From Candidatus Methylomirabilia bacterium (lineage in GTDB: Bacteria; Methylomirabilota; Methylomirabilia; Rokubacteriales; CSP1-6), in the NCBI GenBank assembly GCA_041496385.1, contig JBGQEL010000003.1:32001-96000 (forward strand): a DNA stretch of 64,000 nt. Reading direction: 5' to 3'. Of the stretch, positions 26,497-35,252 are shown one piece after another (positions within the stretch are counted from its first letter, which is position 1; each line of letters begins with the position of its first letter). The position numbers were made by a program, and so were the translations under genes. The notes under the pieces were generated by a model that saw only the letters and a program-made list of their open reading frames with translations, made no database searches and had not been told where the DNA came from.

Positions 26497-27834
26497 ATGA
26501 ATGCCGCTGAGCCGTTCGTCCGGCGACTGAGTCACCTGCTCGAAGCGGGCCGGGAGGGACGAATCCTCCAAGTGCTACAAGACGTCCATGCGCTCGATAT
26601 CGCGCAGGCGCTGAGCGAAATGTCGCGACCCGAGCAGGTGAAGCTGTTCCAGTTGTTGGATCGCGTACGGGCGGCGGAGGTGCTTCAACGCCTCGATGAG
26701 TACACGCTGCGCGAGCTGCTGCCCCGGCTCGATTACGAGAGGCTCGCGACCGTCCTGGATCTCGTGCCAATCCATCGGGCGGTGGCACTGATCACGAGGC
26801 TTCGACCGGAGGAGACTACGAGGATCACGCGTCTGTTGCCCGATGACCGCGCGAACGAGGTCGGAAGACTCCTGCGCTACAAGGAGGGGACCGCGGCTCG
26901 GCTGATGTCGCCGTCAGTTGCCGCGATGCCCGAAACCGCGACGGTCGCCGAGGCACTCGCGAGGATCCGGGCCGGCGGGGGCTGTGAGGCTGCCCCAATG
27001 GTGTACGTGGTGGATGGACACAAGCACCTGGTCAATGTCGTGCCGATCGGGACACTGCTCGTCGCCGCGCCCGAGAGGCCTTTGTCGTCACTCGAACACC
27101 AACCTGTCATCAGCGTGACCCTGGACACTGCCGAGGACGAGGTCGCGCACGTAGTCAGAAGGTATGGTCTCTGGTCGGTCCCCGTACTCGATGAGCAATG
27201 GCGATTCGCGGGCAGCATCTCGATTCACGACATCATTCCGGCGATCCAGCGCGCGGCGGCCGATGACCGGCACCAGCAGGGGCGCGCAGAGACGGCTCTC
27301 GACCGTCCCGGCGCCGCGTTCGTGCGGCGTCTCGGCTGGCGCCTGGCGAACCTCGCGGCCGCGGTGATCGTGGCGACAGCGGTAGGGCTGTTTGAAACTT
27401 CCATTCAGATGCTGGCAGTTCTGGCCGTGCTGATGCCGATCGTCGCTTCAATGGGCCGAGAGCGTACACTTCAGACAATGAGTCTTTTCCCGTATGCGCT
27501 CGATATTCGACACGTGAGTGCACGTCATATCGGACAGGTCCTGAGAAGGGAATGCGAGTTAAGTCTCGCGACTGGGCTCCCCACGGCGTTGACCAGCGTG
27601 GTGATCGCCTACGTCTTGGAGCGACAGATGCTCCTGAGCCTGATCCTTGGCGCTGCCGTCCTCCTGACGATGCTCGTGGCGTCTGTGGTCGCTGTCCTCG
27701 TTCCGTTGACGCTCAGCGTATTGAAGATCTCGGCGAGAGGGGCGGCGGCAGTCATCGCGACGACAATTACGGACTTTTTCGGCTTCTTTTGCTTCCTCGG
27801 GCTGGCGACAGTGTTGCTCCGGTATTTGGTCTAA
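26497..27834 (+). CDS. mgtE: Divergent MgtE-family magnesium transporter
   Basis: MgtE-N helices, YKEGTAARLMS CBS pair, RRLGW, MPIVASMG, TTITDFFGFFCFLGLA; several motifs eroded. Confidence 0.7.
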   Translation: MNAAEPFVRRLSHLLEAGREGRILQVLQDVHALDIAQALSEMSRPEQVKLFQLLDRVRAAEVLQRLDEYTLRELLPRLDYERLATVLDLVPIHRAVALITRLRPEETTRITRLLPDDRANEVGRLLRYKEGTAARLMSPSVAAMPETATVAEALARIRAGGGCEAAPMVYVVDGHKHLVNVVPIGTLLVAAPERPLSSLEHQPVISVTLDTAEDEVAHVVRRYGLWSVPVLDEQWRFAGSISIHDIIPAIQRAAADDRHQQGRAETALDRPGAAFVRRLGWRLANLAAAVIVATAVGLFETSIQMLAVLAVLMPIVASMGRERTLQTMSLFPYALDIRHVSARHIGQVLRRECELSLATGLPTALTSVVIAYVLERQMLLSLILGAAVLLTMLVASVVAVLVPLTLSVLKISARGAAAVIATTITDFFGFFCFLGLATVLLRYLV

Positions 27835-27866
27835 GCGCGGCCAAAAACGTATGTTGCCGGACGATA

Positions 27867-27895
27867 CCTGAAGGAGCCCTGAAGGAGCGCTGAAG
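27867..27895 (-). promoter_or_regulatory. Triple CTTCAGG-type box (11-bp period) on the minus strand
   Basis: cctgaag at 27867 and 27878, gctgaag at 27889. Confidence 0.65.
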
Positions 27896-27915
27896 GCTGA
27901 GCGAAGCTGGCGAGA

Positions 27916-29319
27916 TCAGAAGGCGAGCGGCAGCCAGATCCTGAAGGTTGCTCCACTACCGCGGGCGCTGTTCACGGAGATTCTCCCACCCTGTCCTTCG
28001 ACGAGTGCGCGGCAAATCGCCAGTCCCAGTCCGACGCCGGGCGCCTCCATGCTGAGCGAGGCACTTCCCCGATAGAACCTCTCGAAGAGCCGGGGCACCT
28101 CTTCATCGGGGATTCCTGGACCAGTATCAGACACGGCGACCACAGCCGAGCTTCCCTCGATCGCGACGCCGACCGTGACGTCACCGCCCGGGGGCGAGAA
28201 TTTGACCGCATTGTCCAATACGTTCGCGACGACATGGCTCAGCGCGGACGGGGCAACATTCACTGCCAGCTCCGGCGGGATATCCATCACGAGCGCCACG
28301 TTTCGGCGAAGAGCCTCGGGGCCGAGACGCTTCACCGCCTCCTGGAGAATCGACGTCAAGTCCACTGACCGCGGCGCCTCCGGCGGTCCACCTGCGTCCA
28401 GGCGAGCCAGCATGAGTAGCTCATCTGTCAGGCGAGAGAGTCGCTCGACCTCGCTCAGGCAAGACCGCAGCGCTTCCTCGTACTCGGCACGTTCTCGCGC
28501 TCGGCGCAAGGTCACCTCAAGTTCTGCGCGGAGGCGCGACAGTGGCGACCGGAGCTCGTGAGAGGCGTCTGCAGTGAAGCGACGCTGAGCTTCGAAGCTC
28601 TGCTCGATTCGAGCAAGCATGTCGTTGAGCGTCTCGACCAGGCGAGCTATCTCGTCCCGGGTGCCCGGATGCGGGAGCCGCTCGGCGAGCGCCGACTCCC
28701 CGATCATCCTCGCGCGCTCGACGATCTGAGCAATCGGACGCAATACCGTCCGCGCCAGCATGGCGCCCGTCAACACGACCGCGCCGAGAATGCCTGCGGA
28801 CATCGCGAGCAAGAGGAGTCGCGCCAGGCGCAGAGTCGCATTGGCGTCGGCGAGTGAAGTTCCAACCTGGATCACATAGGCGTGACTACCGATCTGGAGG
28901 GGAACCGAGAGCAGTCGCACCCGTTCGTCGCCGAAATCGTCCACGGTCTCGAAGACCCTCTCGCCGGTGCGCAATTTCGCCAGGAGGGACGCTGACGTCG
29001 GAAGACGCGCGGTGCCCAAGTTCGCGCTGCGGGCGATGATTCGGCTGCCCGGGTCCACGTACTGGATGAATTTGTCGAGCCGAGGAAAGGACGGCGGCGC
29101 CGTGCCCGGGGACATCTCATGGATGTGGAGCGGGTGGCTCAAGTCGGCCACCGTCGCATTGACTTCCGTGAGGGCCAGATCCAGGAGCGCCTGGTCAACT
29201 TGGCCAAGCACCATGCGGGAAAACGCCCAGTTGGCACCGAGCGACGCTATCGCCAGGATGAGGCCGACGGCCACGACGTGCCGAACGAAGACTCTCTGCT
29301 TGAGGTTGAGCCGGATCAT
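27916..29319 (-). CDS. Heavy-metal-sensor-type histidine kinase (CusS/CzcS-like)
   Basis: Two TMs, HAMP, RRFTADASHELRSPL H-box, NAVKFS, DTGPGI, GVGLGLAI; periplasmic HPLHIHEM. Confidence 0.9.
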   Translation of the reverse strand: MIRLNLKQRVFVRHVVAVGLILAIASLGANWAFSRMVLGQVDQALLDLALTEVNATVADLSHPLHIHEMSPGTAPPSFPRLDKFIQYVDPGSRIIARSANLGTARLPTSASLLAKLRTGERVFETVDDFGDERVRLLSVPLQIGSHAYVIQVGTSLADANATLRLARLLLLAMSAGILGAVVLTGAMLARTVLRPIAQIVERARMIGESALAERLPHPGTRDEIARLVETLNDMLARIEQSFEAQRRFTADASHELRSPLSRLRAELEVTLRRARERAEYEEALRSCLSEVERLSRLTDELLMLARLDAGGPPEAPRSVDLTSILQEAVKRLGPEALRRNVALVMDIPPELAVNVAPSALSHVVANVLDNAVKFSPPGGDVTVGVAIEGSSAVVAVSDTGPGIPDEEVPRLFERFYRGSASLSMEAPGVGLGLAICRALVEGQGGRISVNSARGSGATFRIWLPLAF

Positions 29320-29993
29320 GGGCCCGAGGACCCCAGCATGTAGCCGCCTCCCCGAACCGTCTGGAGAAGCTGGGGTGTGCGCTCCACGTCTATCTTTCTC
29401 CGCAAGTGGCTCACGTGGACGTCCAGCAGGTTCGAAAGTGCTTCGGGCTCCGCCTCCCAGACTCGTTCGGCGAGCGAGGCGCGACTCACCACTTCACCTG
29501 CATGACGCATGAGAACTTCGAGAATCGCGTACTCCTTTGGAGTCAGGCTGATAGGCGCGCCACCTCGCGTCACGCGGTGGCTCAGCGGGTCGAGCGCCAG
29601 ATCGGCGACCCTGAGTACGACGGATCGAGTCGAGTCCGAGCGGCGCAAGAGGGCGTGGATGCGAGCCAGGAGTTCCGAGAACCCAAAGGGTTTGGTGAGG
29701 TAGTCGTCGGCACCTGTGTTGAGTCCTGTGACCCGATCCTCGAGTGAGTCGCGAGCCGTGAGCATGAGGATTGGCGTCGAGATCCCCCGTTCCCGCAGAT
29801 CCCGGCACACGACGATTCCTTCCCTGTCCGGCAAGACCCAATCCAACACGATCACGTCGTAGTCGTTGACACTCGCCATCTCATCGCCTGCTTCGCCGGA
29901 GTGAGCAACGTCCACGACAAAACGCTCTTCCTGCAGGCCCTTGGCGAGCAAGCGCGCGGCCTTACGGTCGTCCTCGATGACCAGGATTCGCAT
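29316..29993 (-). CDS. OmpR-family response regulator (CusR/CzcR-like)
   Basis: ILVIEDD, VLDW, GADDYLTKPF, LTPKEYAILE, VHVSHLRRKID, TVRGGGY. Confidence 0.93.
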   Translation of the reverse strand: MRILVIEDDRKAARLLAKGLQEERFVVDVAHSGEAGDEMASVNDYDVIVLDWVLPDREGIVVCRDLRERGISTPILMLTARDSLEDRVTGLNTGADDYLTKPFGFSELLARIHALLRRSDSTRSVVLRVADLALDPLSHRVTRGGAPISLTPKEYAILEVLMRHAGEVVSRASLAERVWEAEPEALSNLLDVHVSHLRRKIDVERTPQLLQTVRGGGYMLGSSGP

Positions 29994-30069
29994 CCGGTAG
30001 TCGTAAGATACTATCGATCTCGTGTAGCGGGCAATCCGCTGGGTTCCCGGCCAGAACCGGCTCGGCGAT

Positions 30070-30126
30070 CCTGAAGAAAAATTCAGTCAATCCTTCAGGA
30101 TTTCTTCATTCACCCATCCCTATGCT
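30070..30126 (+). promoter_or_regulatory. Regulator boxes and -10 of the divergent porin/ABC operon
   Basis: cctgaag (30070), ttcag (30082), cttcagg-attt-cttcatt (30093-30110), 10 nt, TATGCT (30121-30126). Confidence 0.7.
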
Positions 30127-30272
30127 TCTTGCTCGGACGGCGCCCTCGGAGTGCGGTTCGCTCGCGTGCGCCGGGATCTCGGATCACGTCGTCGTTCGGC
30201 GGGGCGGCGACACCCGGGGACGTCGAGACCGGGCGAACTGCTGGCTGGTGACGCGGAGAAGCGGGAGGGACT

Positions 30273-31457
30273 ATGAAACGATACGCGCTCGCGCTTGGCT
30301 TCATCGGACTGCTCGTCGTCGCGTCGTCACCCGTCGCCTTTGCCCACACCAAGGGGCTCACCCTCAGCCGATTCGGCCTGATCGACGTCTCGCTGCAGGC
30401 CAACGTCGCCTACGCGACCTTCAGCGACCCCAATAAGGTCGACTTCGACAAGATCGGGGACCGGCACTCGAAGGGGTTCAACCTGACGAGCTTCGATCTC
30501 TCGCTCACCGGCCAGACACCCGAGTTCCCCCTGAAGTACGCCTTGTTCCTCACGTTCGAACAGGACAAGGCGAGCATCGAGGAAGCCTTCCTCTTCTTCC
30601 ACAAGCTCGAGGAGTTCTCGCCGGCGCTCAGCGACTTCCAAGCGACGGTGGGTCAGTTCAGGGCCAAGTTCGGACAGTTCAACCAGATCCACGACCACGA
30701 GTGGTTCCTCGCTGATCCGCCCTTGATCCACACGAAGTTCCTCGGCGTGGACGGCGTCCACCTGCTGGGCACCGAAGTGACCTATCAGGTGCCGATCCCC
30801 TACTTTCTCCAGTTCTCGCTCTCGATCCAGAGCAAGGGCGCGCTGGACGGGTTCCCGGCGGCGACCAGCAGTACGCCCCCCACCTTCGCGCTGCGCACGG
30901 CCGACGACATGGTGGTGTTCCCCAGGATCGAGACGTTCCTGGACCTGACGGACAATACGGATCTCTCTCTGGGGGCCTCCGGCGCCATCGGCAGGAACAA
31001 GCCCACGGGCAGCGACCGCACCTATCTAATCGGAGGGGACGTCCTGCTGCGCTCGAAGTCGGGCGCCGGGGCCTGGCCGTACATCCGGTGGCTGACCGAG
31101 GCCATCTGGGCGGTCAGAGAGAATCCCATCGTCCAAGCGGGCGCCAACAAGGGGCTTCAGGTGAACAGCGACGTGGTCGGCGGAGTCTTCTCGGAGCTCG
31201 GCTACCGGTTCTCGCCCCACTGGCAAGTGACTGGTCGCGTCGACTACGTGGGAATTCCCAAGGGGAACGAGGACGAGCACCTTCGCCTCACGGGAGGCCT
31301 GCGGTACCTGATCAGCTCGGTGGCGAAGATCGGCCTCCAGTACGAGTACAGCGCGCCATCGGGCCGCGATAAGCCCTACAGCGCCGTCTTCATCCAGTTC
31401 AACGTGGGGCTGGGCACCGTGACCCCGGGCGTCGGAAAATTCCTGGATCCGTTCTAG
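30273..31457 (+). CDS. Outer-membrane beta-barrel protein associated with metal ABC uptake
   Basis: Signal peptide; IEEAF, GQFRAKFGQFNQIHDHEW.LADPP motif; alternating beta-strands; SD gggaggg. Confidence 0.75.
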   Translation: MKRYALALGFIGLLVVASSPVAFAHTKGLTLSRFGLIDVSLQANVAYATFSDPNKVDFDKIGDRHSKGFNLTSFDLSLTGQTPEFPLKYALFLTFEQDKASIEEAFLFFHKLEEFSPALSDFQATVGQFRAKFGQFNQIHDHEWFLADPPLIHTKFLGVDGVHLLGTEVTYQVPIPYFLQFSLSIQSKGALDGFPAATSSTPPTFALRTADDMVVFPRIETFLDLTDNTDLSLGASGAIGRNKPTGSDRTYLIGGDVLLRSKSGAGAWPYIRWLTEAIWAVRENPIVQAGANKGLQVNSDVVGGVFSELGYRFSPHWQVTGRVDYVGIPKGNEDEHLRLTGGLRYLISSVAKIGLQYEYSAPSGRDKPYSAVFIQFNVGLGTVTPGVGKFLDPF

Positions 31458-31534
31458 TCTACGTCTAGACTGGAGGCCGGAAGCGGTGATGGATCTCACT
31501 CCTGCGCACCTCGAAGCGCAGCTCGAGGAGTCTC

Positions 31535-32545
31535 ATGCAGGCACATAGCTCCCTGACGGGTATCGCGATCGTGCTGACCGCCATGTGCTTCGTCGTCGGC
31601 GCCGCGACCGCGCACGACGACAACACGCTCCCCCGTCCCGATCAACGGCGCGGCGGGCCGACGCTGAACGTTGTCGCCACGCTTGAGCACTACGGCTCGA
31701 TCGCGAAGGTCATCGGTGGCGACAGGGTCAAGGTGAGCGTGATCGTGAAGGGCTCCCAGAACCCCCACACGATCGCCGTCAAGCCGAGCTACTCGGTGCT
31801 CTTCAACAAAGCCGACCTCCTGGTCGCGAACGGGCAGCTGATCGAGCTGGGCTGGCTGGACGTCGCGCTCATCAATGCGAGGAACGCCAAGATCCAGGAG
31901 GGGCACCCGGGGTTCGTGAACTGCTCGATCGGGGTCGACATCATCCCGTATACGGCGGACGAGATCGAGGGCACCCCCTTCTTCATCCTCAATCTCGGCG
32001 TCGGCGGCACGCTGAAGCTCGGCAATCACCACTACTGGCTCGACCCCGGCAATACGGCGATCATCGGGCGAAACATCGCCGAGAAGCTGGCCGAGGTCGA
32101 CCTGCCCAACGCGGCGTACTATCGGGGCAACGAGGAACACTTTGCCATGCATCTCGGCGAGAAGCTCAGGGAATGGGACAAGCTGATGGAGCCGTTCCGG
32201 GGGATGCAGCTTGTCAGCTACCATCGGAGCTGGAATTACCTGCTGCGCCGACACGGCCTGAAGGTCTTCGACTACATCGAGCCGAAGGAGACGCTGCCGC
32301 CCAGCGCGGCCTACATGGCGTCGTTGGTCGACCGGATGAAGCGGAGCGGGATCAAGGTCATCCTGGCGGAGACCTATCAGAACAGGCCGCTCATCGACGA
32401 GATCGCACGGCAGACCGGCGCCAAGGCCCTGATCCTCCCGAGCTCGGTCAGCGAGGACCAGGGAATCAAGACGGTGATCGAGTTCTTCGACCGGATCTAC
32501 GGCGAGCTCGTCCCCGCTCTGCGGGCGGCCAAGGCGTCGTCGTGA
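31535..32545 (+). CDS. Cluster A-I (ZnuA/TroA-type) metal-binding protein 1
   Basis: GSQNPH, NHHYWLDP, SYHRSW, EPKETLPPS. Confidence 0.88.
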   Translation: MQAHSSLTGIAIVLTAMCFVVGAATAHDDNTLPRPDQRRGGPTLNVVATLEHYGSIAKVIGGDRVKVSVIVKGSQNPHTIAVKPSYSVLFNKADLLVANGQLIELGWLDVALINARNAKIQEGHPGFVNCSIGVDIIPYTADEIEGTPFFILNLGVGGTLKLGNHHYWLDPGNTAIIGRNIAEKLAEVDLPNAAYYRGNEEHFAMHLGEKLREWDKLMEPFRGMQLVSYHRSWNYLLRRHGLKVFDYIEPKETLPPSAAYMASLVDRMKRSGIKVILAETYQNRPLIDEIARQTGAKALILPSSVSEDQGIKTVIEFFDRIYGELVPALRAAKASS

Positions 32546-33540
32546 GACCCCTCCCTCTCCTCCTGGTCGGCCTGATCGCGCTCGTGCCCGCATGGGCCGA
32601 GGCCAAGGTGAGCGTCGTCGCCACCACCGAGCACTACGCGGCCGTGGCGCGAGTCGTCGGCGGGGATCGCGTCTCGGTGGCGTATCTCGCCAAGGGGTCT
32701 CAAGATCCCCATGGGATCCTCCCGAGGCGAAGCTTCTCGGTGCCCCTGAACCGGGCCGATCTCCTGGTCGTGAACGGCCAGGGTCTCGAGACGGCGTGGC
32801 TCCCGACCGCTCTCACCGACTGCACGAACAACCGGATCCGGGAGGGGAAGCCCGGCTACCTCGATGCCTCGATCGGGGCGACGCTGATCCCGTACGATCC
32901 CGCCGAGCTGAAGGCCTCCCCCCTCGTCAGGACGCTGGTCGCGCTGCAGTCCCTGGTCGTCCCGAAACCGTCGGACGGCGAGGCCGCGAACAACCACCAC
33001 TACTGGCTCGACCCGGGCAACGGGACCGCCATCGCGAAAGCCATCCTCGACAAGCTCGTGCTGCTCGATCCATCGAACGCGACCGTCTTCCAGGCGAACT
33101 ACGAGCGATTCGCCGCGAAGCTGCGGGAGAAGCTGGTCGAGTGGGACGCGAAGATGAAGCCCTTCGAGGGGACCGAGATCGTCAGCTACCATCGGAGCTG
33201 GACCTATCTGGCCCGACGGCACGGCCTGAAGATCGTGGCCTACGTCGAGGCGAGCGAGCCTCTCATTCTCAGCGTCACGAACGTGTCCAACCCGCCCGAT
33301 CGGGACGAGAAAGCCGCGCTGATCGCGAAGATGACTCAGAGTCGCGTGAAGCTGATCGTGGCCGAGACGTATCAGGATCCGGCCCTCCTCCAGGAGATCG
33401 CCCGTGCCACCGGGGCCTCCGTGCTGACGCTGCCCGCATCGGTGAGCCAGGCCGACGGCGTGGACGACTACTTCGCCCTCTTCGATCAGATCTATGCGAA
33501 GTTGACCCAGGCGCTGTACGCCGTCAAGACGCTTCGCTGA
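32542..33540 (+). CDS. Cluster A-I metal-binding protein 2 (tandem paralogue)
   Basis: GTGA overlap; GSQDPH, NHHYWLDPGN, SYHRSW, AETYQ. Confidence 0.88.
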   Translation: MRPLPLLLVGLIALVPAWAEAKVSVVATTEHYAAVARVVGGDRVSVAYLAKGSQDPHGILPRRSFSVPLNRADLLVVNGQGLETAWLPTALTDCTNNRIREGKPGYLDASIGATLIPYDPAELKASPLVRTLVALQSLVVPKPSDGEAANNHHYWLDPGNGTAIAKAILDKLVLLDPSNATVFQANYERFAAKLREKLVEWDAKMKPFEGTEIVSYHRSWTYLARRHGLKIVAYVEASEPLILSVTNVSNPPDRDEKAALIAKMTQSRVKLIVAETYQDPALLQEIARATGASVLTLPASVSQADGVDDYFALFDQIYAKLTQALYAVKTLR

Positions 33541-34313
33541 TGTCCGTGCTCCTCGCGGCGCACGATCTCTCCATCGGCTACGGGGGACGGGCCCTGCTGT
33601 CCGGCATCGAGCTCTCGATCGAGCAAGGTGACTGGTGGGGCGTCGTCGGTCCCAACGGCGCCGGCAAGACGACGCTCATCAAGACGCTCCTCGGGATCAT
33701 CCCGGTGCTCGCCGGGAGGATCGAGCGCAGAACAGGCCTGAGCTTCGGATACGTGCCCCAGCGCGGGGTGATCGACGACATCTTCCCGCTGCCCGCCCTG
33801 GACGTCGTGGTGATGGGGCGCTACCCCCGTATCGGCCCGTGCCGACGAGTGACACGCGCCGATCGAGAACTGGCCCTCCACTACATGGGCCGGGTCGGGA
33901 TCGCCCATCTCGCGCGCAAGCCCTTCCGCTCGCTGTCGGGGGGACAGAAACAGCGGACCTTGATCGCCCGAGGACTCGTGCCGGAGCCGGACGTACTCGT
34001 GCTCGACGAGCCCACGGATGGGATGGACCTCGCGGGGGAGACCGGGATCATGGAATTGATCTCGGATCTGCAGCGCGGCTCCGGCCGGACCCTGCTGATG
34101 ATCAGCCACTCGTTGAACCTCGTCGCGAACCACGCGAAGCAGTTGATGCTCATCCACGGCGCCGAAGGCGTCTTCAGAACAGGGATGACCGACGAGCTGC
34201 TGAACAGCAAGACCCTCGAGGAGATGTATCACCTGAGTGTCGCCGTGCACTCGTTCGCGGGCCGGCGGTTCCTGTTCGCGCACGGGTCGACGGACACGAA
34301 GGAGAAGGCGTAG
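33540..34313 (+). CDS. Metal ABC transporter ATPase (ZnuC-like)
   Basis: GPNGAGKTT, GYVPQR, LSGGQKQR, LDEPTDGMD. Confidence 0.9.
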   Translation: MSVLLAAHDLSIGYGGRALLSGIELSIEQGDWWGVVGPNGAGKTTLIKTLLGIIPVLAGRIERRTGLSFGYVPQRGVIDDIFPLPALDVVVMGRYPRIGPCRRVTRADRELALHYMGRVGIAHLARKPFRSLSGGQKQRTLIARGLVPEPDVLVLDEPTDGMDLAGETGIMELISDLQRGSGRTLLMISHSLNLVANHAKQLMLIHGAEGVFRTGMTDELLNSKTLEEMYHLSVAVHSFAGRRFLFAHGSTDTKEKA

Positions 34314-34315
34314 CC

Positions 34316-35236
34316 GTGGACTTCCTGAGATCGGTGCCCCTCCTGTCCACCCTCCTCCTCGTCGAGCGGGACGGAATGACCTTCCTCGACGCGCTGCCGA
34401 TTCTCCGGAATGGGATCCTGGCCGGCGTGGTCGTGGCGGTCGTGAGCGCTTTCCTGGGCGTCTACGTGATCCTCAAGCGCATCGTGTTCGTCAGCGCGGC
34501 GATCTCCCAGATCTCCTCCCTGGGGGTGGCCTGCGCCTTCCTGGTCGCGGTCTTCTTCGGACATCGCGCGAGCGAAGTGAAGTCGCAGTTCCTGAGCGGA
34601 CCGGGGTTGACCTCGGTCGTGTTCGCCTGTGTGGCGGCGATCATCCTGGCCCGGCAGGTGAGCGAGAAGAGGATCACCAGAGAGAGCATCCTGGGCATCG
34701 GCTATCTCCTGCCCGCCGGTCTCACGTTGCTCATTCTCGACGTGCTGAGCGCTGAGGCGCACGCCATCGAGGATATCCTCTTCGGCAACTCGGTCTTCGT
34801 TTCCGTGGAGCAGCTCCGGGTGCAGGTGGTCACCGCCGGCGCGGTGCTGCTGATCCATCTGCTCTTCTACAAGGAATTCATCTTCACGTCGCTGGATCCC
34901 GAGACCGCCACGGCCTGTGGCATGAGAACGCAGCTCTTCAACCGGATCCTGCTCCTGACCATCGCCTTCACGATCTCCGTGTCCATCATGTCCATCGGAG
35001 CGCTGCCGGTGTTCGCGTTCATGGTGATCCCGGCGTCCGCGGCGCTGACGCTCACGGAGCGCCTCCGGAACGCGTTTCTCCTGTCCGTCGTGTTCGGCGT
35101 TTCGGCGGCCCTCGTCGGTTTCTATCTGTCGTTCGTCTTCGCGCTGCCGACCGGACCGGCCATGCTGACAACGGCCGGGTTCTTTCTCATCCCGGGCGGC
35201 TTACGGACGCTCGTGCAGCGGTGGCGACGCGGCTAA
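34316..35236 (+). CDS. Metal ABC transporter permease (ZnuB-like); alternative start 34376
   Basis: LGVYVILKRIVFVSAAISQ, ILFGN, YKEFIFTSLDPETA, LPTGPA. Confidence 0.88.
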   Translation: MDFLRSVPLLSTLLLVERDGMTFLDALPILRNGILAGVVVAVVSAFLGVYVILKRIVFVSAAISQISSLGVACAFLVAVFFGHRASEVKSQFLSGPGLTSVVFACVAAIILARQVSEKRITRESILGIGYLLPAGLTLLILDVLSAEAHAIEDILFGNSVFVSVEQLRVQVVTAGAVLLIHLLFYKEFIFTSLDPETATACGMRTQLFNRILLLTIAFTISVSIMSIGALPVFAFMVIPASAALTLTERLRNAFLLSVVFGVSAALVGFYLSFVFALPTGPAMLTTAGFFLIPGGLRTLVQRWRRG

Positions 35237-35252
35237 TCGGGGGAGGGTCGAG

